Source: Macrostomum lignano
Taxonomy: Eukaryota
Direction of reading: 5' to 3'
DNA: 64,000 bases
NCBI GenBank assembly: GCA_002269645.1
Contig: NIVC01000031.1
Span: 558,001-622,000, forward strand
This document shows, one piece after another, positions 11,301 to 22,853 of the stretch (position 1 is its first letter; every line of letters starts with the position of its first letter). Below the pieces are notes generated by a model. That model was not told the origin of the DNA and made no database searches. It saw only the letters and a list, made by a program, of their open reading frames with translations. The position numbers and the translations under genes are program-made.

Positions 11301-12485
11301 ACATTTATTAAAATAAAATGCAAAATAGTTAAAAATTCATCAAATTGAAAAAAAATTAAACTTACACTGCACAAAGCCAAAGAATAAGGTAAGGTAACCA
11401 ATACAGTAACGCTAACACTAACAGACAATAGTACCATAGTAAGTTTAGTAACTTTACTTAGTAAGTTGCTACTGCCAGTTGCCAAGTTGGTTGGCAGTCA
11501 GTGATGGTAATTGATGTGACTATTTAAGTTTTACTATCAGAATTAATTGAATTACTGATTTACAGAATTGTATTATACTTATGGCACTCGCAATTGAATC
11601 AATTCAATAAATTAAAAATGAAAATGAACATTTTTTAGGAGATAAAATAATTATTTAGACAAAAAACAAACAGCAAGAACAACAGTAGCAAAAAACAAGA
11701 CAAGTAACAAAAACAAAAAAGAAAAGTTAGACTCATCACTCATTAGTCATCAGTCATCACTATTGTCTATCAGGCATCTGCATCAGTCTATGATCTATCT
11801 ATGAGTCTTATGACTATAAGTATGACTGACTATTAATTAATTAATTTTATTTCTATACCTATCAGTATCAGTATGACAATATCAGTATAGTATACATGAC
11901 TTGATCGTAAATTCTAAATACTGTAACATTACGAACATTAAAAAAAGATTTAATAAATTAAAACTAGTAAAACAAAATTGTTTAGAAGACTGAGAACCCT
12001 AAAACGATGTAAAAGAAAATTAGTTGCCTAAAATTTAGCAAATTTCTATTTTTAGCAAATTTGAATGAAACATAGCGCCGCTTTTGTAGCGTACACTAAG
12101 TCAAAATTAATTCTATTTAGCGATATTAGCAAATTAAAAAAATGTAGTGGCACAATAACGAATTTCAAATTTAGCATCACTGGAAACATTTCATAAGGCA
12201 GGCTCTCAAAGGTACACTAAGTGGGAAGAAATTCTGCATAGGGGATGATGTCAATGGGGTGATAACAAAATACACTGGATAGTGATATTATGAGTCATAT
12301 TATGAATACTAATGTTTTGTTTTTCTAAGAGATCTTATAGGCCTAACAATACTAAAATAGCCAATGCTACTTTATCTATACTACTCATAAAAGAAACACC
12401 TTGAATGTTATATACAAAATTGTACTGCTGAGTTATTGTAGCAACTGCACAGGCAATAAATCAAGTTACAAATTCAACACTGCAG

Positions 12486-14566
12486 GCGTCATTATTGTCA
12501 ACTAAAAATCCTTCCAACTTGTTGAACTGGCAACAGATTCAGCAGTCAGTTCCAAGACGAGCAGATTTCGAAGATCCTATAGTCCGGTTAATCAGCTGTC
12601 AAGATGAGGAAGAACAGACTGCATTGGTATCTGAGCTACAGCCGTATCTGGCTTATTCAGACGTCTCCCTAATGTGCATGCAAGTTCTTGACGCGGAATT
12701 AAGAAAGCTAGCTACTAGTAGTAATAAGTTAGAAAGTATTAACTACAGAATTCGTCACGCCAATATTGAGCGTCTCCTACTTGCGTTCAATTTTCCTAAA
12801 CGGCTAACTCGGCAGGATCGTCTGCTATTGCAGAAGACTCAACCAGAATCGGACAGTCGCTGTCACAGTTTCTGGTCGAAACAATCGGAATTCTATAGTC
12901 AATTGCAGAAGAAACTAATGTCTATTAGTCAGTTGCGTAAACAGTACGGCAAATTGTGGCGTCGCTATCTAGATTGTCCACTGCCAGTTGGCAATAAGAG
13001 CAAGCAGTTATGCAGTCTGCTAGTGCTGCTAAATGATCGTGTATTAGGCCTGCTGACTAATGCTATGCAACTAGCCGACTTCATTATGTCCGCTTTCGAA
13101 AGCAACAACGTTGAAGTTGGCATGGCCGCAACTCCTTGCGTATTTCATCTGGTGTTCAACTATTCTCTAGATTATGGTCCTCTGTTTGATCGACTGTACC
13201 AGCTGGTGTCGTTAAGCGGCTTGATGTCGCCTTATCGTGGCCGATTCTATCGTCAGTTAGATCTTATCTTGACGGCTACGAATATTTCCACGGCTAGAAT
13301 TGCCGCGTTTGCTAAGAGACTAGCGGCTCTGTGCCTGTTGGCGCCGTGTTATTGTCAGCCAATGCTGATTGGCCTAGTGTTGAACCTGCTCCGACGTCAT
13401 AAGAAGTGTCAGTATCTGGTGCATAGGCAGGCTGAAGACGATGAGGACGTTAAAGAGGCTAACGAGAAGCTGAATGGTTCAGGCGGTTCAAATGAGTTTA
13501 GCATGTCAATCAGTCTGACCGAAGCTGAAGCTGCTTCGCCTGGATATTCGCTATGGGAGCTGAGAGTTCTGCAGCGGCATTGGGAATTGTCGGTTGGACA
13601 GATGGCTAAAAAGATCAATAGGGCTCTGTCTGTTGTGGAAGATTTTTGCGACAAACAGGTGAGATTTTTGGTGAGGTTATTGGAAACAGTTTAAACTTTA
13701 GAGTTAAAGTTTATTCGGAAAGAGTCTTTAATGGGATTCGGAATGAGCGTCAGGGAATTTGGAAAGAGCTTAGTGGGATTCGGAAAGAGCCTAATTGAAC
13801 TAGGAAATAGTCTAGTTGGATTCAAAAAGAGCCTAATGGAATTCCGAAAAAAGCCTAATTAGATTCCGAAAGAGCCTAATTGAACTCGGAAAGAGCCTTT
13901 GAATTGGATTAGGAAAGAGCTTAAGGGGATTTGGAAAGAGCCTAATGGGATTCGGAAAGAGTTTATTGAGATTCGGAAAGAGCCATTGGGATTCGGAAAA
14001 AGCCTAAAGGGATTCGGAAAGAGCCTAATGAGATTTGAAAAGAGCCTAAAGGGATTCGGAAAGAGCCTAATGAGATTTGAAAAGAGCCTAAAGGGATTCG
14101 GAAAGAGCCTAATGAGATTTGAAAAGAGCCTAAAAGGGATTCAGAAAGAGCCTAATGAGATTTGGAAAGATCCTAATTGGATTTGGAAGGAGTTATTGAG
14201 ATTTGAAAAGAGCCTAAAGGGATTCGGAAGGAGCCTAATTGGATTCTAGAAAAGCCTAATGGGATTCGGAAAGAGCCTAAAGGGATTTAGAAAGTCTTGA
14301 AAGATTTTCTGTAATGGCTTCAATTGTTTGACACCAAAAATAACACGAAAATTTCATAATCGATGCGCAAGTAGAGTTTAAACTTCACTCTCTCTCTCGT
14401 CCCACAGGTGGTCGAACGCGACTGGGACCAGGTGTGCGAGGATCTTCTGCCTGACTGTCTGAAACAGGCGGAAGCTTTGAAAGAATCTGGCTACGCTAGC
14501 GACGAAGAAGTCGACCCAGCTGTTGACGGAGACGAGCTGTTAAAGCAACTGGATGGATGGTGTTAA
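12486..14566 (+). CDS. NOC4L: Nucleolar complex protein 4 homolog (CBF/Mak21 domain); 5' end not identified
   Basis: Exons 12486-13658 and 14408-14566 (GT-AG, phase 0). Motifs IAAFAKRLAALCLLAP, LNLLRRHKKCQYLVHR and SLWELRVLQRH match NOC4L (AAFAKRLARLALTAP, NLLRRHP.C..LVHR, SLWELQALQRH). No ATG at the start of the visible exon. Confidence 0.9.
13710..14310. repeat. NOC4L intronic minisatellite, 21-bp unit GGGATTCGGAAAGAGCCTAAT with 42-bp higher-order pattern
   Basis: Direct tandem copies visible; explains spurious ORF 13899-14249. Confidence 0.9.
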
Positions 14567-14759
14567 CTGTATCACCGAGAGTCTGTCTCAGTTTCTGTGC
14601 TCTTACTGATCGTGACTATTTCAGAATAAATTTGTTTGCAAAATACATTTATTCGTGCATTTTCCAATTTTTCCAACTGCTAATTTTCAACTGGTTTAGA
14701 ATTTGTGGACAAAACCGTTCTGATTTGGTAATTGTTTAATTGGTTCACTAATTAAGTTT

Positions 14760-15040
14760 GGATAATTTGTAATAAGGATGACTAAGGTGTGAATACTTAG
14801 CGATAAAGATGACTAAATATGTAAATAATTAGCGATAAAGATGGCTAAGGTGAAAATAATTAGCGATAAATATGACTAAAAATGAGAATAATTAGCGATA
14901 AAGATGACTAAAGGTGGGAATAATTAGCGATAAATATGACAAAAGGTGTGAATAATCAGCGATAAAGAGGGCTGAGGTGAGAATAATTGGCGATAAAAAC
15001 AGCTACAGGTGTAAATAATTAGCGATAAAGATTATTAAGG
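14760..15040. repeat. Intergenic ~32-bp minisatellite (TAATTAGCGATAAAGATGACTAAGGTGTGAA-like)
   Basis: About 9 degenerate tandem copies, each with a TTAGCGATAAA-like core. Confidence 0.85.
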
Positions 15041-15169
15041 TGTGAAATTCAAATAGAGCCAATTTTTCTATAAAAAAATTAATTATTAGTTTTTTACTTT
15101 GCATGCGTACCTGCCTGAACAGCGAGAGGGCACTAAATCGGTCGTGGAATTCGCTGATATATAGTTACC

Positions 15170-17287
15170 ATGGGAGAACGCAAAGGTACAAACAAATATT
15201 ATCCGCCAGACTTTGATCCTCGGGTGCATCGCAGCTTAGACGCATATCATGGCACTCACGCTCTGCGCGAACGAGCTAAGAAGATCGGTCAAGGCGTTAT
15301 TGTTATCCGGTTCGAGATGCCCTATAATATCTGGTGCGGCGGCTGCGGTAGACACGTTGCTATGGGTGTCAGGTACAATGCCGAGAAGAAAAAGGTCGGC
15401 ATGTACTATAGTACACCTGTGTACGAGTTTAATATGAAGTGTCACCTGTGCGATCAGAGGTTTGTTATTGGTTAATTTGCTTTTTATTGCTTAAGAGATT
15501 TTAGTTAACTGCATTTATTTCGAGGGAGTCAGTTGTCCCTGTTTGATCTCAGTAGGGGGTCAATTGTCCCCACTTGATCACAGTAGTGGGTTCAACTGTC
15601 CCCACTTGATCACAGTAGTGGGGGTCAATTGTTCCGATTTAATCACAGTAATGGGGTCAATTATCCCCATTTTTTCACTATTGGGGGTCAGTTGTCCCCA
15701 TTTAATCACATTAGGGGGTCGATTGCCCTCATTTAATCACAGTAGGGGGTCAAAATTTAATCACAGACAGGGGTCAGTTGTCCCCAATCGACCGCAGAAG
15801 GATGTCAATTGTTGCAATCTAGTCACAGTAGTGGGGGTCAATTATCCCCATTTTTCACTATTGGGGGTCAATTGTCCCCATTTAATCACTGTAGGGGTCA
15901 ATTGTTCCCATTTAATCACTAGCTGGGAGGGTCAATCGTCCCTATTTAATCACAGTAGTGGGGGTCAATTGTCCTCATTTTTTCACAGTAGCGGGGGGGG
16001 GGGGTTCAATTGTCCCCAATCGATCACAGGAGGGTATCAATTGTTCCCATTTAATCACAGTAGGGGGTCAAAATTTAATCACAGACAGGGGTCAATTATG
16101 TTGTCCCCATTTAATCAAAGTAGAGATCAGTAGTGTTTATAACCTGACTGACCCACACTCATCATTCTAGGTATCTGATCCGCACAGATCCCGCCAACTT
16201 TGATTACGTCATCGTATCCGGGGCTCGCCGAAAAGAGCAACGCTGAGATCCAACAGAGAATGGTCAAATCGCGCCGGAGGACGGCGAGACAAAGCGTCGC
16301 TTAGCAACCGATGCTATGTACAAACTAGAGCACGGTAAATCCGACGAACAGCGCGGAGAAGAAAGCGCGCCTCGACTCGCCGCTTTAGCCGTCGATGCGG
16401 GTGCTCGCGGCGCCGCTGACATCCAGTTGAATCGTCTGGTCCGAGCCGGCCTACGCCAGGAACGCAAGCGACTGGCCGCCCAGTCTGCCAGCGATGCAGA
16501 GTTGCTTGCCAGACACTCGCTGACTGGCGGCTCGTTGGAATTGTTGCCCGAATCGTCGGCTGATGAAGTCGGAGCTCAACTGCTGCGGATGGGCGGTGTT
16601 GCTCCAGTTGATGCTGTCAGACCGACTAAACGAGTCGCTAGTGCCGATGCCAATTCGGAGGAAGAGTACAAAAAGTCGGGTTGTTCGGCGTTTAAGTCGG
16701 CTAGGGCTGCGGAGCCGGAGGAGTTGAAACGACGGACTGGTCAGAATCGGCGAATGATGGGCGTCGTTGTTGGAGGTACTTTTCGGCGAAACAGGTCACG
16801 TGATGATGCTTCGGTGACGTCCTGGAAGGTGGATGTGGATGCTTCGGCGGCGTCCTCGACGGCGGATGCCTCGGCATCGACAGTGGATGCTTCGGCGACG
16901 TCCTCAAAGATGGATGCTTCGGCGACGTCCTCGAAGGTGAATGCTTCGGCGATGTCCTCGATAGTTGATGTTTCGGCGACATCCTCGACGGTGGGTGCTT
17001 CGGCGACATCCTCGATGGTGGGTGCTTCGGCGACATCCTCGACGGTGGGTGCTTCGGCGACATCCTCGATGGTGGGTGCTTCGGCGACATCCTCGACGGT
17101 GGGTGCTTCGGCGACATCCTTGACGGCGGATGCTTTGGCGATATCCTCGATGATGAATGCTTCGCCGACTGCGCCGGTCGTCAGAAATGCCCAAGCTGCC
17201 GGTGAAGACGATGCCTTTGGTGGCTGTCTGGTGCAATACTCTGCCACTCCGTCGCCAGCCTCATCTGCTGATCACCAGAATAATTGA
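15170..17287 (+). CDS. YJU2B: Splicing factor YJU2B/CCDC130 (CWC16 family) carrying an in-frame TGA at 16244-16246 (possible pseudogene or null allele)
   Basis: Exons 15170-15459 and 16171-17287. MGERKGTNKYYPPDF, RFEMPYNIWCGGC, GVRYNAEKKKVG, TDPANFDYVIVSGA and DAMYKLEHG match CCDC130. EQR*D aligns with the conserved EERWD. The frame continues open after the stop. Confidence 0.9.
15520..16130. repeat. YJU2B intronic minisatellite, ~30-33-bp unit GGGGTCAATTGTCCCCATTTAATCACAGTA
   Basis: Degenerate tandem copies fill the intron; explains ORF 15543-16133. Confidence 0.85.
16805..17160 (+). repeat. 27-bp tandem repeat inside the YJU2B last exon (ASATSSTVG-type 9-aa units)
   Basis: GCTTCGGCGACATCCTCGACGGTGGGT-like units in frame, ahead of the C-terminal LVQYS motif. 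Confidence 0.85.
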
Positions 17288-17569
17288 TAAAATGATGCAG
17301 TGTTTCTTAGAATACGTCACGATTATTGTCATTTCTTTTACCTCCGACTTGTACGTACGATTTATTTAAATCATAGTTGCAAGATAATTTAAGGTTGTAA
17401 GGGTTATTTTATCAATAATATAAATGCAAGTAAGATTAAGAATTTCTCTATAATTACTTGTTTCTTCGGTGCTTTTTTAGGAGATTCTATTACTAGCCAG
17501 TGTAGTTATTAAAATCTACAAGTTTATGGGTTTTCCTATCAGATTCCCAGTTACCAGGCTACCGCTTCC

Positions 17570-17772
17570 GAGATCCTCAGTTGCTGGGCCAGCCTCCCAG
17601 ATCCTCAGTTGCTGAGCCAGCCTCCCAGATCCTCAGTTGCTGTGCCAGCCTCCCAGATCCTCAGTTGCTGAGCCAGCCTCCCAGATCCTCAGTCGCTGGG
17701 CCAGCCTCCCAGATCCTCAGTTGCTGAGCCAGCCTCCCAGATCCTCAGTTGCTGGGCCAGCCTCCCAGATCC
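17570..17772. repeat. 28-bp minisatellite family CCCAGATCCTCAGTTGCTGGGCCAGCCT, copy 1
   Basis: About 7 units; same unit at 28914-29206 and 54306-54535. Confidence 0.9.
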
Positions 17773-17996
17773 GCGCAGATAACTTTTCCCCAAAGTTTTG
17801 AATGTCATCGTATTATTTTAATATCGCATCCTTTTTTACCGATACATATATTTTTCATCGAATAGTTCACTAGTTTTTTAAAGATAGGTCTAGTTTTTTT
17901 AATTAAATAAATAACTGAACCTTTTGCTCCTCAGAGAATCTCGAAGATTTAAAATTTCGAAGCACTCTATTCAACAAGTTTAAAACTGCAGTTATA

Positions 17997-19520
17997 ATGG
18001 AGTCGAATTTAGACATCGAAATTTTGAAAGAATCGATCGAACCTATCAACACACGTCACGGAGTATTCTCTTGCTCCGTGAGTTATAAAAATAATGGTGC
18101 TCGTGAAACAGTCAAATCGGCTATAAAGTCGTTCGCAAAAAATCAAATAAGATCAGCTGGTGATGAAGCTGAAGACTTAAAAAAATTCCGTCGCGAGTAC
18201 CAGCTTCTGAGAAGCTTTAGATGCCCCCAAACTTATGAAGCGCACGAGAGAATTGTCTCTGCTTGGTGGTATATGGAATCCTCCAATGAACTTGAATCTT
18301 ACACACCGCTGTTTCTAATGGAGCTTGGCGACCGCGACCTCCATAATTTATTGTTAGACAAAAGTGTTGCTACTGTACCTGAAGGCCCCTACTCCTTTGG
18401 CCATTTTCTTAATTTAATGTTGCAAATCGCTGATGCGTTGGCCTACTTGCACAGCGGAATTCAATTCAATGGCGAAATGCATCCTATCATTCATAGGGAC
18501 CTAAAAGGCAGTAATATTTTGCTGTTTGATGAAGGCAGAAAATGCAAGCTCTCAGACTTTGATATCGGCAAGCCAGTAGAACCGCCAATGACCAAGGGCG
18601 TCGGAACTCCTTTTTGGAGAGCTCCCGAAGTTGCTAACTGTGAAGATTACACTACTGCTGCGGACTGTTATTCCTTTGGTATGGTCTGCATTGAGTCACT
18701 GTTTCGATCTCATCCTAATAATATTGGAAGATCCGACGATGTCGAAGATCCTATAGAGAGTGATGAATCGGTTGAGACTAAATTGAAATTCTTCAGTGAG
18801 AGGTGGAAAGTGCTATATCTAAATATGTGCACATTTGAAGGCTCTGATGCATTTAATGAAGAATGTCGGTGGAGAACTAGGAGCCTGCTTGAAAAATTGT
18901 TCATGAGTAACCCCTCAGAGAGAATCAGTGCTCAAAAAGCTTATGATGAACTGGAAAACATTCTGAATGGCATGAATATTCAAGAATGGGAACCATTATA
19001 TGGACCTATTATATATGTTCCTCGGTATCCGGTTGCTGCAAATAAGGAGGCCCGACCCGACATTCCTCCTTTCGTGCCTACGGTCTCAGAAGGTCCTTCT
19101 ATCGGCCGTAGCAACCCGAGTAGCTATGCTTCAGTTTTCTTTAAAGTAACAAAGTTGTCAACTGGAACAGAATTTAACGAATCCAATATGGATAATCTAC
19201 GAAGTACCATCGCGAGTCATCTGACAGACCTCAATACATTTGCCAATCAAAACGGACGACCTTGCACAGCGAGTCTTCTATTTAGCCTAACGGAAGTAAA
19301 CACGGAAGAAATTGGTCTAGAAATTCTTATTAAACAAAAAGATACGAAGGAAAATTCCGTGCATCAATGGTGCTATGACAATATCGAAGAATGCGAATCC
19401 AAGTTGGATAGTTGGTTTAAAGATCGCCCAAACTTTCGTCCAAAATTTACCATGAATATCCCACAGGAGCAGCAGCAAGTCCAAAATGTTGCGAATGCTT
19501 TGGCTAACATACAGATGTAA
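17997..19520 (+). CDS. Intronless protein kinase (TKL/Ser-Thr-like fold) with DFD in place of DFG and an uncharacterised C-terminal region, 507 aa
   Basis: SAIK (VAIK-like), RREY (alphaC Glu), IIHRDLKGSNILL, LSDFDIGK, GTPFWRAPE and DCYSFG motifs are all present in one ORF. Confidence 0.9.
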   Translation: MESNLDIEILKESIEPINTRHGVFSCSVSYKNNGARETVKSAIKSFAKNQIRSAGDEAEDLKKFRREYQLLRSFRCPQTYEAHERIVSAWWYMESSNELESYTPLFLMELGDRDLHNLLLDKSVATVPEGPYSFGHFLNLMLQIADALAYLHSGIQFNGEMHPIIHRDLKGSNILLFDEGRKCKLSDFDIGKPVEPPMTKGVGTPFWRAPEVANCEDYTTAADCYSFGMVCIESLFRSHPNNIGRSDDVEDPIESDESVETKLKFFSERWKVLYLNMCTFEGSDAFNEECRWRTRSLLEKLFMSNPSERISAQKAYDELENILNGMNIQEWEPLYGPIIYVPRYPVAANKEARPDIPPFVPTVSEGPSIGRSNPSSYASVFFKVTKLSTGTEFNESNMDNLRSTIASHLTDLNTFANQNGRPCTASLLFSLTEVNTEEIGLEILIKQKDTKENSVHQWCYDNIEECESKLDSWFKDRPNFRPKFTMNIPQEQQQVQNVANALANIQM

Positions 19521-20350
19521 CATTGACTTTGAATTCGATTTGACGTGTTTCGAGTTTTTATAAAAATCAATACTTTTGATTAAAAATTCATTATTATTGT
19601 TTCATATTTGGAAAGCATAAACCTATTTTAACCAAATTTTTTAAATTTTATTTAGATCAGATTTTAAGAAACGGTTCCGTTACCCACATTTTACTCAGTA
19701 CCAAAAAAGCTTTTCAAATTTTGTGATTTTTTGCAATTTTGCTGTAGTCTAGTTATAAATTTTAGTATTTATACTCAAATATTACCATTCTGAATTATGA
19801 TTACTAATGATTTATTTTGCCAACGCTCATCAAACAACGGTTTTCTCGCTTTGAGTCATTAGACAATTTTTTGTCTATCGCTTGGTTGCAAACTAAAAGT
19901 AAAACAAACTTTGTAGGGGGAGGGGGCTACGCATAACTTTAGAACTTTCTGCGCGAACTCTTAGCAGCTTTCATTCAGCTATTTTCGAGTCCCTAAATCA
20001 GCCCCTATTCTCAGGCTCTTCTGCTCCTCAGTTCTAAAGGCTATGGCCCAAGCCATCCCTATCTTCTAGGGATCATCCATATTCTAGCTTTTCTGCTCCT
20101 CAGTCCTATAGTCTACATGTACGGCCACTTCTGTTTAATGAGCAAGTGAGAGGCTTAAAACGGTTGCCAATGGACTTTATGTGATGATTTTATTCCTTGT
20201 CTTAGTGACAGTTAATGAACTAGTAGCATTGAACTATTACCGATATTTTGCTGAATAATTGTATCGCTTTTAATTGATGTACGTTCGCTCTCTCTCTATG
20301 TACATCGCTGACTTGCCTGCGTGTTACACCTATGCAATGTACTTATTACA

Positions 20351-20624
20351 CTCAGCAACATGGAAAAGTCGCCACTCTATGCGCCAGTGAGCAATTTCTC
20401 TTGGACTATTCTGAAATAAAAGATGCGAGAAAACTGATCGAGGTAGCTTTAATCCGTCCAACCCTCGCACACCGCTCCCCTCACTTTCATTCCTCAACTC
20501 AAGTCTGCCGCGTGGCGTAGCTGAGTTGCGTCACTCGCAAAGATTGAGAGACTTTGCCTGCACTCTCAAAATTGGCGACCACCGATGGAATCTTCTGTGA
20601 TGGCGCCTTTTCGATGTTGCTGAG
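20351..20624. mobile_element. MITE family A, copy 1
   Basis: TIRs CTCAGCAACATGGAAAAGTCGCCA and TGGCGCCTTTTCGATGTTGCTGAG; homologous to 30446-30717. Confidence 0.8.
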
Positions 20625-20641
20625 ATATATTTGCTTATATA

Positions 20642-21435
20642 TAGCATTTTGCAGTCAAGTTTGAACTGCGGGCATTCAAATTAGACAAGAAGGGAAGAGC
20701 CAAATTTCAGAATCCGTCCCCAAGTCAAGCAGAACTTTATGTCTGTGGCACAAACTGAAACACACTGACGGGCACTCAATTTGGACAACGGGCATTCAAA
20801 TTAGACAAGCAGCGGAAAGTCTATGTGTGCCAGAGAGAAAGACCATGGACAATCCGATTCGTCGCTTTGCAAGAATTTCCAGAGAGAAGCGTGACCTCAT
20901 TATTGGGGCATGCCAACGTGGTGACTCTGTGGCTGAAATTGCCAACATGTTGGATGTCAAGAGATCATCAGTGTACAACATCTGGAACAAGTTTGTTCAG
21001 GATGGCCAGCGATACGCGCTACCAAGGGGAGGAGCCAGGCACCGTCGAATGAATCCTGCAATGAAGGACCATCTGGCCGCCTTGTTGAATGCCAACCCTC
21101 TGATGACACTCGGGCAAATGCGGGAATCGCTTCTTGTTCATTGATGTGCTGAGCACCCTGTTTTGTTTGTTCACACATGCTTACTTTGTTATAACTTGTT
21201 CTTATCTTCATAGTTCAGGGTTCACAGAATGGTTGTCTGACAACAGACGCAACACGATCTTGAATTGCCCAGCCAATGCGCCTGAGAACTTGTCTAATTT
21301 GAATGCCCCTTGTCTAAATTGAGTGCCCACCAGTGTGATTTTGTCTAGGCCATAGATAGCATTTGTGCCAGCAGTGAGATCTGGTCAAGCGTCTAATTTG
21401 AATGCCCGCAGTTCAAACTTGACTGCAAAATGCTA
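20642..21435 (+). mobile_element. Internally deleted Tc1/IS630-like DNA transposon retaining only the N-terminal DNA-binding region (ORF 20845-21144, 99 aa)
   Basis: ~45-bp TIRs (TAGCATTTTGCAGTCAAGTTTGAACTGCGGGCATTCAAATTAGAC) flanked by TA; internal GGGCATTCAAATTAGACAAG-type repeats. ORF has an HTH (SVAEIANMLDVKRSSVYNIW), a PRGGAR linker and a truncated second HTH, with no DDE domain. Confidence 0.85.
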
Positions 21436-22491
21436 TATTAATCTACCATTAATAGAGGCTAAGAGCATTAGTCAATGACGTAGTGCACTGCCATTTATTT
21501 CCTAGTTAAAACCACAGAATACACCAGAATGCTCAATCAGCTTCCAAATCGAAAGCCAAAATATAAAACCATAGACACTACTCCTGAGGTGAAGAAGAAA
21601 TAAGAAGAACTGAAATTTGAGAAGTAGTCACCTTTTTGTACGTCCATTCGAGAGGGAACATTTTTATGGACAGAAGGTCCCGATTGTATATTTGCAGCTG
21701 TAGCAACATGAAAATGTTGATATTAATTGTGAACATTCAACGCAAACTAGAACAGTTTAAAAACAGCAGTATGAGAAGCAGTTTAAGCCTCAAGCAACAT
21801 GCAACCTATACTTTAGCGGATAACAGGCGTCGCAGCTTTTGTTGTTCTGCTGAAGCTGTACTCGTACTGTGAGCTCCGCGCTTCCTGGCAGCTCGAAGTA
21901 ATACCTGTTGAGCTTTGCACCAGTGATGTAAATGCAGGCGTGTGTACAAAGATAAGAGAGAGATGAAAGCCATTCCTTTGTGTGCTCACTGTTGTGTAGA
22001 TGTAGCTCAGTTGCAGCAGCTGTGGTTAAAACTATTTATCTAGCTTAGCAAATATAAAAATGTTAATGCGTAGAGTTCTAGATCGGAACCTTTACAATTT
22101 TCATAACTTTTTTGCCTTTTAACTGTTTATCTTGTGTCAAATTGTATCAAAGTTTTTAATATTAACAATCTATTTATCTTATATTTCTTGGCATACTCTG
22201 GTGCCAAATTTGATCGCTTAAGCAACTTTAAAAGTCTTTGCCTACTTCCTTTTTACAATGGTTTATAAACGACAAACGTCTGGGCTATCAGTTGCTTATT
22301 AGGCCAACCATTACGAGATTATCACCCTTAGTTATTCATACTTCTTGGCCACTTTGTTGGTCCCAGATCCCAGATCTTAAGCTGAAACAGAAAATTTGAG
22401 TCGCAAATCGCGTTGAATCACGAAGAAAAAATAATTATGATTTTGCATGCAATAGCAGCTCCACATATCCGGAGTTCACACAGAGCCAGCC

Positions 22492-22817
22492 ATGATGACC
22501 AGCGGCGATTCGGTTCCCCTGACCATGGACGACGGCACCGGGGGCGGCGTTTTCGGCGACCCGACGCCGCATCCGAAGCGATTTCCCCACCCCATGGCAG
22601 CAGGTGCTCACCTGCTGTTCCGCCTGCTAGCGTTTCTGCTCTACCTGCTCAGCTCGCTGTTTACAGACTCCTTCATTACAGCTTTTGTCTTTGTGCTCAT
22701 ACTGCTGTCCTTGGATTTTTGGACTGTGAGTTTCTCTGTCTGTGTGTTTTTTATATCCTGTCATTCTCTATCCGATTCTGTCTATCTGTCTTAGTGTCTT
22801 GGTGTCTGTCTCTGTCC

Positions 22818-22853
<36 letters not shown>

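Noticed and set aside
11499-12182. hAT-like element bounded by CAGTGATG...CATCACTG
   Set aside because: Only ~12-bp TIR similarity, no 8-bp TSD and no coding remnant.
16776-17184. Possible intron removing the YJU2B repeat tract
   Set aside because: Candidate donor (16776) and acceptor (17184) have incompatible phases, and the acceptor lacks a pyrimidine tract.
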